In this document: piece after piece, positions 58,793 to 64,000 of the stretch
Layout of the letters: every line of letters begins with the position of its first letter
Numbering within the stretch: position 1 is the first letter of the stretch
Origin: an uncultured Gammaproteobacteria bacterium
GTDB lineage: Bacteria; Patescibacteriota; Patescibacteriia; Magasanikbacterales; JBBTQS01
Assembly: GCA_964627525.1 (NCBI GenBank)
Contig: CAZVIA010000005.1
Location: 6,078 to 70,077 of the forward strand
Direction of reading: 5' to 3'
DNA: 64,000 bases
Notes under the pieces: model-generated
Seen by the model: only the letters and a program-made list of their open reading frames with translations
The model's database searches: none
Told to the model about the DNA's origin: nothing
Program-made: the position numbers and the translations under genes

Positions 58793-58861
58793 TCCCCGAA
58801 GGGCTGAAATTTAGTGCAACGTCCCGAAGGGAAATTTCAGAGTCGTCGTGTTTATATTTTT

Positions 58862-59605
58862 TTATTGAGGGTTTCCACCGTATCTAGAAAGAACATATAT
58901 AGAAACATCTCCTAGATGAAGTCCTTGTTTGGATTCAACCTTATGTTCTTGAGAAATTTTTAGTTTATATTTTTCTACATGGTTTGCAGGGTTATTTTCC
59001 TTCCCAGCAAAATGAAAATAAGGCATGATTATGATTCCATCTTGTTTTAAATACTGAGGAACTTCTCTGAAAAATCTTTGTAGGAGTTCAGTGCCTCCAA
59101 GCATACTTCTTCTCAACATTTCATCTTGATTTGGGTCACCTTCAAATTTTTCAGGTTCTTCAGAAAAAAATGGGTGATTGAATAAAACAATATCATAGAT
59201 TCTGTTTTTGGGAAGACCATTAAATAAATCGCTTTGATAAACTTCAGCATTCGCAAGTTTATGTTGCGTGATATTTTTTTGGGTGTTGGCAACTGCTTTA
59301 GGATTAATATCTGCAAACGTAATTGATTTAGCTCCATATTTTGACATTACTATTCCTTGTGTTCCTGGACCACACCCAATATCAACAACATCTTTTTCAG
59401 AATATAATTCTTGATGTTTATATAAAAATCTTGCAAGATGACTTGCAGTGGTAATAATGTCTGACCCAAAAACTCCTTTTTCAATCAACAAGTCAAGAGA
59501 GAGATGTGTCTTTTCATCTAATACAATATTTCTGATTCCTGATTCACGCTGATGAACCTGCAACTGCTTTTTTACAAGATCATATTGTTCTTTAGTGAAT
59601 GCCAT
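58862..59605 (-). CDS. Class I SAM-dependent methyltransferase (HemK/MTS-like) (cassette 3)
   Basis: VDIGCGPG, DINPKAV, QSDLF, YD.VLFNHPF. Confidence 0.85.
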   Translation of the reverse strand: MAFTKEQYDLVKKQLQVHQRESGIRNIVLDEKTHLSLDLLIEKGVFGSDIITTASHLARFLYKHQELYSEKDVVDIGCGPGTQGIVMSKYGAKSITFADINPKAVANTQKNITQHKLANAEVYQSDLFNGLPKNRIYDIVLFNHPFFSEEPEKFEGDPNQDEMLRRSMLGGTELLQRFFREVPQYLKQDGIIIMPYFHFAGKENNPANHVEKYKLKISQEHKVESKQGLHLGDVSIYVLSRYGGNPQ

Positions 59606-59679
59606 AATAAAAGAAAATATAAACTGATTTATAAATGTTAGGCGGAAACCCTCAAATTATAATTCTACACGACGATTGA

Positions 59680-59803
59680 ATATAACGTCTAGGTATAAGC
59701 GATGTTGCACGGGTGTATAATACGCTGAAAGCGTACACCCGTGCAATATGGGTGAAGTGAAAGAGTGAAAGGACTGAACGAAACCGCTTATACCTTGTTA
59801 AGT
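59680..59803. repeat. attC-like site 4
   Basis: ATATAAC gtct AGGTATAAGCG ... CGCTTATACCT t GTTAAGT (same stem as site 2). Confidence 0.85.
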
Positions 59804-59814
59804 GATGTAAATTT

Positions 59815-60333
59815 TTATTTTGTATTGTTTCCGATTATCAAAGTGATGTTGCCATCTTTCTCTTCTCTTATACTTTGGCCCTTAATTGGACCTGAAAAAA
59901 CTCCTTGAGCTATGCTGGTGAAATCATATCCATTTTGCTCTAGATAGTCTTTGATCTCATAACCGAATTGGATGGCCTCAGCGTCTCCCATGACCGTTGT
60001 TATTCCTATTTTTTTATCTCTGAAATTTTCAAGTTGTTGTTTTAATCCTTCGGTAAGATGACGCTGAGGTGTTCCTATGTTGACTTGCCCAGCCGTAATG
60101 CCGCCTTGTTGATTGTTACTAGTCACATTAAATATATTGTCTGTCATATTTGTGCTTGTTAGGTAATAAACTGCTACTCCACCGACAATGACAACTGTCA
60201 GTGGAATAAAGAAATATTTGTTAATTGGTTTGCTCCAAAATTTGGGGTTTTTCGGCTGGGCAATTTTATTGATTTCGCCAGCGGTTGTTCCACCTTTTTG
60301 GTTGTTACTTGTTACGTTGATTATTTTTTTCAT
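59815..60333 (-). CDS. Hypothetical single-TM protein (cassette 4)
   Basis: NVTSNNQ.GG.TAG occurs once on each side of a TM. Confidence 0.7.
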   Translation of the reverse strand: MKKIINVTSNNQKGGTTAGEINKIAQPKNPKFWSKPINKYFFIPLTVVIVGGVAVYYLTSTNMTDNIFNVTSNNQQGGITAGQVNIGTPQRHLTEGLKQQLENFRDKKIGITTVMGDAEAIQFGYEIKDYLEQNGYDFTSIAQGVFSGPIKGQSIREEKDGNITLIIGNNTK

Positions 60334-60346
60334 AAAAATTTATTTC

Positions 60347-60440
60347 ACTTAACGTTTCAGTATATGCGATGTTTTGCGAAGTATGAGCAAAATATGGGAG
60401 AGCGAAGTGCAACGAGCGAACCGCATATACTGTGTTAGGC
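60347..60440. repeat. attC-like site 5
   Basis: ACTTAAC gttt CAGTATATGCG ... CGCATATACTG t GTTAGGC. Confidence 0.85.
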
Positions 60441-60613
60441 GAGCCGAACGGAGCGATAGCGGAGTGAGAGTGCAACGTGCCTTGCGTATTTTTGAAAAAT
60501 TTATCCATATTATTCCGTTTTTGGTGGGCTTTTTATATTTGTATTTGATTTTTTTGTTTTGAAAAATGGAAGAGGGGCTGGGGGTGAATTCCATTTTTCA
60601 AAACTCCTTATTA

Positions 60614-63127
60614 TTAAATCTTAATGTTTAATTTTTTTAGTACCATTTCAGAAATGGAACTTAGCATGTTTTTTGATTTATTAATTAATGCTTTTGCTTC
60701 TTCTCTTTGATTTATTGCTTCTTCTGCAATTTTTCTTTGATCAGCTATATTTGGTTTAACTATTTTTATCTTAAAAAAGTCTTTAAGTCGTAAATTTTTA
60801 ATACCAGTTGTCTGATTCTGTATATAGTCCATATAACCTGACTTATAAAGTGTTTGTAAATAGACAAAGACATATTCTGGTAGCAATGTGTTTTCTTTTA
60901 TTTTCATTTTTTGCAAAAAGTTACTAAAGACAACGGGTTTATCAAATGGTAAATCCTCAATTATTGCCACTCTCCCAACAGGTTGAATTGGACTTCCTCC
61001 TGATTTTTCTACTAAAATTTCTCCTTTTTTTAATGCAAGTTTTTCTGCTTTATTTTTTTTAATATAACGCTGGGCTACATCTGAAAAATCAAGATTGAAG
61101 TCGTTATGAAAATTTGTATTTCTAACTACATAGCAAAGTTCATAATCTGAATTTGGTTCAAAATTAATTGGATCCTCGCCCCATTCTCCCGCAACAGAGC
61201 TTTCGACTATGTCTTCAAGAATGATATTTGATTGGCTGTTATTCTCGATGACATTCTGTAAGTTTTTAAAAAATGGTCTATAAAAGTAAGGATCAAAACG
61301 ATCTTGTAGTTCATTATTATCAATAAAAAATGTTTCAGGCTCTTTTTTCTTAGTTACATTTTTTTTATTTAAGTATGTATCGAGAATATCTATCAAGTCA
61401 TTTTTTGGATCACGTTTTCCAGTTGCTTCATAGCCAATATGATCAGCTATTGCCATAAAAACTTTGTATTTTTTTTCTTTTTCTTGCTTATCCTTTTTTC
61501 TTAAAAATAAGAGGGATGACTTTACTGCTGCTCCATAATGAACGAATGTAAATTGTGGTAGACTAATTATTGCTTCTATTTGGCAATGATCCATTATAAA
61601 ATCACGCACATATTGAAATGTTGAGTTCATGAGTATTCCGTCAGGCAAAACAATTGCCATTCTTCCAGTGCCGTATTTTAGAAAATCAATGCAACGCTCA
61701 ATAAATAAAATTTCGGTTTTTTGATTGTCTCGGCATTTTTTCCCATTTTGTCCAAAATTAAATTTTTCAATATAAGGGTGTTCACTTCTTTTTACATTCG
61801 CCCCAAATGGTGGATTTGTTACAATTACATCAAATTTATTTATTTCAAAGCCACGATTTTTACCATTCATTTTTTCAATATCTTCTAACGCATCAAAGCC
61901 AATTACATTTGTGTGTCCGTCATCATGAATAATCATGTTCATTTTAGCAACGCGTGCAATTGAATCATTTATTTCAATGCCAAAAAGATTGTTTTGAGCA
62001 AAATCATGCCAAAAGCGATATTTTTCTGTTTCATCATCCTTGTAGTATTCCTCAGCTTGACTTCGTACTTCATCAAGAGCGTGCAAAAGAAAACCACCAG
62101 AACCACAGGCAGGATCAAGCACGAGATCATCATTTTTAATCTCCATCATTTTAACTGCGAAGCTAACGATTTCACGCGGAGTAAAAAATTGCCCGCTTTT
62201 ACCTTTGAAAAAATCTTCCATAAATTGCTCAAAAGCTACGCCTTTTGTATCAAGATCAGTTTTACTAAGGGAAACGCTTTGCAAATGTCCAACTACTGTA
62301 TACAGTTCTTCTGGGTCAATTTTTAGACTTTCCTTAAAAACTTCTGGATCTTTTTGTTTTGCCTCTTGATAAATAGCGTCTAATCTTTTGTATACACTTT
62401 CAGCCTTTTCATGTGTTTTGATTTGAAAATCGTAGAATTCACCATTTTTTCTTCCACGTTTTTCATCACGAATTTTTACAAAAATGATTTTACAAAGCTC
62501 ATCAAAAGCTACGGTTGGATTTCTTTTTCCGCCAGCCCATAAAGTGTTTTGAGATTTTTCAAGAGTTCGTTTAAGTTCTAATTTATCGAGTGTCTTTAAG
62601 TCCCAATCGGGATCGCCTTTTTTAAAACGATATTCTTCAATTTTTCCATAAGAAATTGGAATATCGGTAATAGTGGCTTTTTCTGGTTCTTTATCATTCC
62701 ATTCCGCCGTTTCCATTGCTCTGCGAGTATTGCCAGCAACGCAAATTGCAAACGGAGCATGAAGTACGCGAGCGTTGCCGATTGCTTGTTTGGTAGCTTG
62801 TTCAAATTCTGCATCCGATACTCCGTCTTTTTTGCACTCAACGACGATGTAGGGTTTCTTTTTTGCGTCGTCTTCATAAATAACAATATCAGCAAAAAAA
62901 CGAGGCACGCGAGCAGGCATTTCCGTTTCGAGTTCTAAACGCTTTGCAGGATAGTGATATTTTTCAAGCAAATCAAAATAGTATTCAGCACGGACTTTTT
63001 CCTCTGGATCATTCAAATTTTCTTTGTGTCCTGACGGCAGGTATTCTATTTTTGCACCATCATTAAAAACACGAAAATATCCTTTTTTCTCGCCGTCATT
63101 TAATATTTTTTCCAGAGTATTTATCAT
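60614..63127 (-). CDS. Fused restriction-modification protein: HsdR_N-like nuclease, N6-adenine MTase and specificity (TRD) region (cassette 5)
   Basis: PEE.VR..ADIV..VECK; GQFFTP; LDPACGSGGFL; TNPPFG; C-terminal HsdS-like NQTTGIKNL...P....Q.KI. Confidence 0.88.
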   Translation of the reverse strand: MINTLEKILNDGEKKGYFRVFNDGAKIEYLPSGHKENLNDPEEKVRAEYYFDLLEKYHYPAKRLELETEMPARVPRFFADIVIYEDDAKKKPYIVVECKKDGVSDAEFEQATKQAIGNARVLHAPFAICVAGNTRRAMETAEWNDKEPEKATITDIPISYGKIEEYRFKKGDPDWDLKTLDKLELKRTLEKSQNTLWAGGKRNPTVAFDELCKIIFVKIRDEKRGRKNGEFYDFQIKTHEKAESVYKRLDAIYQEAKQKDPEVFKESLKIDPEELYTVVGHLQSVSLSKTDLDTKGVAFEQFMEDFFKGKSGQFFTPREIVSFAVKMMEIKNDDLVLDPACGSGGFLLHALDEVRSQAEEYYKDDETEKYRFWHDFAQNNLFGIEINDSIARVAKMNMIIHDDGHTNVIGFDALEDIEKMNGKNRGFEINKFDVIVTNPPFGANVKRSEHPYIEKFNFGQNGKKCRDNQKTEILFIERCIDFLKYGTGRMAIVLPDGILMNSTFQYVRDFIMDHCQIEAIISLPQFTFVHYGAAVKSSLLFLRKKDKQEKEKKYKVFMAIADHIGYEATGKRDPKNDLIDILDTYLNKKNVTKKKEPETFFIDNNELQDRFDPYFYRPFFKNLQNVIENNSQSNIILEDIVESSVAGEWGEDPINFEPNSDYELCYVVRNTNFHNDFNLDFSDVAQRYIKKNKAEKLALKKGEILVEKSGGSPIQPVGRVAIIEDLPFDKPVVFSNFLQKMKIKENTLLPEYVFVYLQTLYKSGYMDYIQNQTTGIKNLRLKDFFKIKIVKPNIADQRKIAEEAINQREEAKALINKSKNMLSSISEMVLKKLNIKI

Positions 63128-63329
63128 AATTTTAAACCTTAAAAGTAAAAGTTATTTGTATTATATAAGTATTTCTCTTGTTTATTCAATTTATAAATAA
63201 ATCGTTTTCGGAGCGATAGCGGAGAAAACACCTTTTACCCCCCCCTCTTTAAAAATTAAAAAAATCAAATTCCTTATTTCTTAAAGCCCACCAAAAACAT
63301 TTTAAAAACAAATTTTTCAAAAATATGTC

Positions 63330-63471
63330 GTCTAACGTTCCCGTGTATGAGAAGTTTCTCCGACTTCCTTATTCTCTATGATAGAGGAGGCGAAATTTGG
63401 GTGAAAGAAAAAGTGCAACCGCTAAAAATTATTAACGCACTTTTTCTTGAACCTCATACACGCTGTTATGT
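63330..63471. repeat. attC-like site 6
   Basis: GTCTAAC gttcc CGTGTATGAG ... CTCATACACG ct GTTATGT. Confidence 0.82.
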
Positions 63472-63482
63472 GATGTTTAATT

Positions 63483-63932
63483 TTAAGCTTCTAGGTCTAG
63501 TAATTTTTTGCACTCATCTCGCATAAACTCGGGATATATTTCTAACTTTGGTGTCCCACGTTTAATAATTTCAGAAGCCGGAATAATAATTCTTTGCGGA
63601 TGAGATTCGGTTTGATCATTCATGCCAGCTCCATACACGATGCCTTTCATCTTTGCCCATATAGCGGCCGAGGTACACATTGGACATGGTTCATAAGTAG
63701 TATACAAATAGCAGTCGAACAATTTATTCCCAAGCTTTTTGGCCGCGGCTCGGATAGTATTGATTTCAGCGTGTGCTGTAGGATCAATATCGCGTCTAAC
63801 CGTAGTAAAGGCTTCTGAAATTATTTCATCATCCTTAACAATAATTGCCGCAACTGCATGTCCGCCTTCTTTGTGCTTTTCAATGGCAAGCTCGATAGCC
63901 TTATTCATTATGTCTTTGTTAGGATGATGCAT
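63483..63932 (-). CDS. Zn-dependent nucleoside/nucleobase deaminase (TadA/guanine deaminase-like) (cassette 6)
   Basis: DPTAHAE..IR.A; EPCPMC. Confidence 0.9.
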   Translation of the reverse strand: MHHPNKDIMNKAIELAIEKHKEGGHAVAAIIVKDDEIISEAFTTVRRDIDPTAHAEINTIRAAAKKLGNKLFDCYLYTTYEPCPMCTSAAIWAKMKGIVYGAGMNDQTESHPQRIIIPASEIIKRGTPKLEIYPEFMRDECKKLLDLEA

Positions 63933-63955
63933 AAAAAAGCTTAAAATTAAATTTC

Positions 63956-64000
63956 ACATAACGTTTCAGTATATGCGATGTTTTGCGGAACGTAGTGGAG
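63956..64000. repeat. attC-like site 7 (truncated by window edge)
   Basis: ACATAAC GTTTCAGTATATGCGATGTTTTGCG matches the start of site 5. Confidence 0.8.

Larger units (their letters stand above)
56758..64000. mobile_element. Integron-like cassette array (6 cassettes, 7 attC-like sites; no integrase in window)
   Basis: Single genes separated by palindromic sites bounded by nnnnAAC...GTTnnnn; the two core ends of each cassette are complementary or nearly so. Confidence 0.85.

Noticed and set aside
60305-60594. Short ORFs of 62-81 aa across attC-like site 5
   Set aside because: They are translations of palindromic site and IR sequence
56758-64000. CRISPR array interpretation of the recurring palindromes
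   Set aside because: Repeats are 88-142 bp, variable and separated by whole genes; no cas genes seen

Overview
This is an AT-rich bacterial chromosome segment. Gene content and style suggest Patescibacteria/CPR (inference): pilin-fused giant surface proteins, Shine-Dalgarno(SD)-poor core genes and a long tmRNA tag. The backbone carries an ECF sigma fragment, a glycosyltransferase/O-antigen-ligase cluster, smpB-ssrA, infC-rpmI-rplT, a RelE-RHH toxin-antitoxin pair, tRNA-Asp, lexA, pyk, nrdR, ftsZ/ftsA, ybeY, a 3271-aa surface protein, rpsU, hisS and lepB. Two accessory layers stand out. (1) At 56.7-64 kb there is an integron-like array of six gene cassettes separated by branched attC-like sites; each cassette has its own terminal inverted repeats running from the GTT cores up to or into the start and stop codons. 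No integrase lies in the window. (2) About ten solitary, GC-richer genes are scattered among core genes, with strong SD sequences and mostly their own promoter. Six share a downstream hairpin with TTAAC at the loop. They include two Cys-rich lipoproteins, a possible outer-membrane beta-barrel and a probable DGR target inserted between ftsA and ftsZ. There are also several orphan promoter-structured RNA-terminator units and a mini-element at the tRNA-Asp 3' end. All calls come from reading the sequence by eye; no database searches were run.
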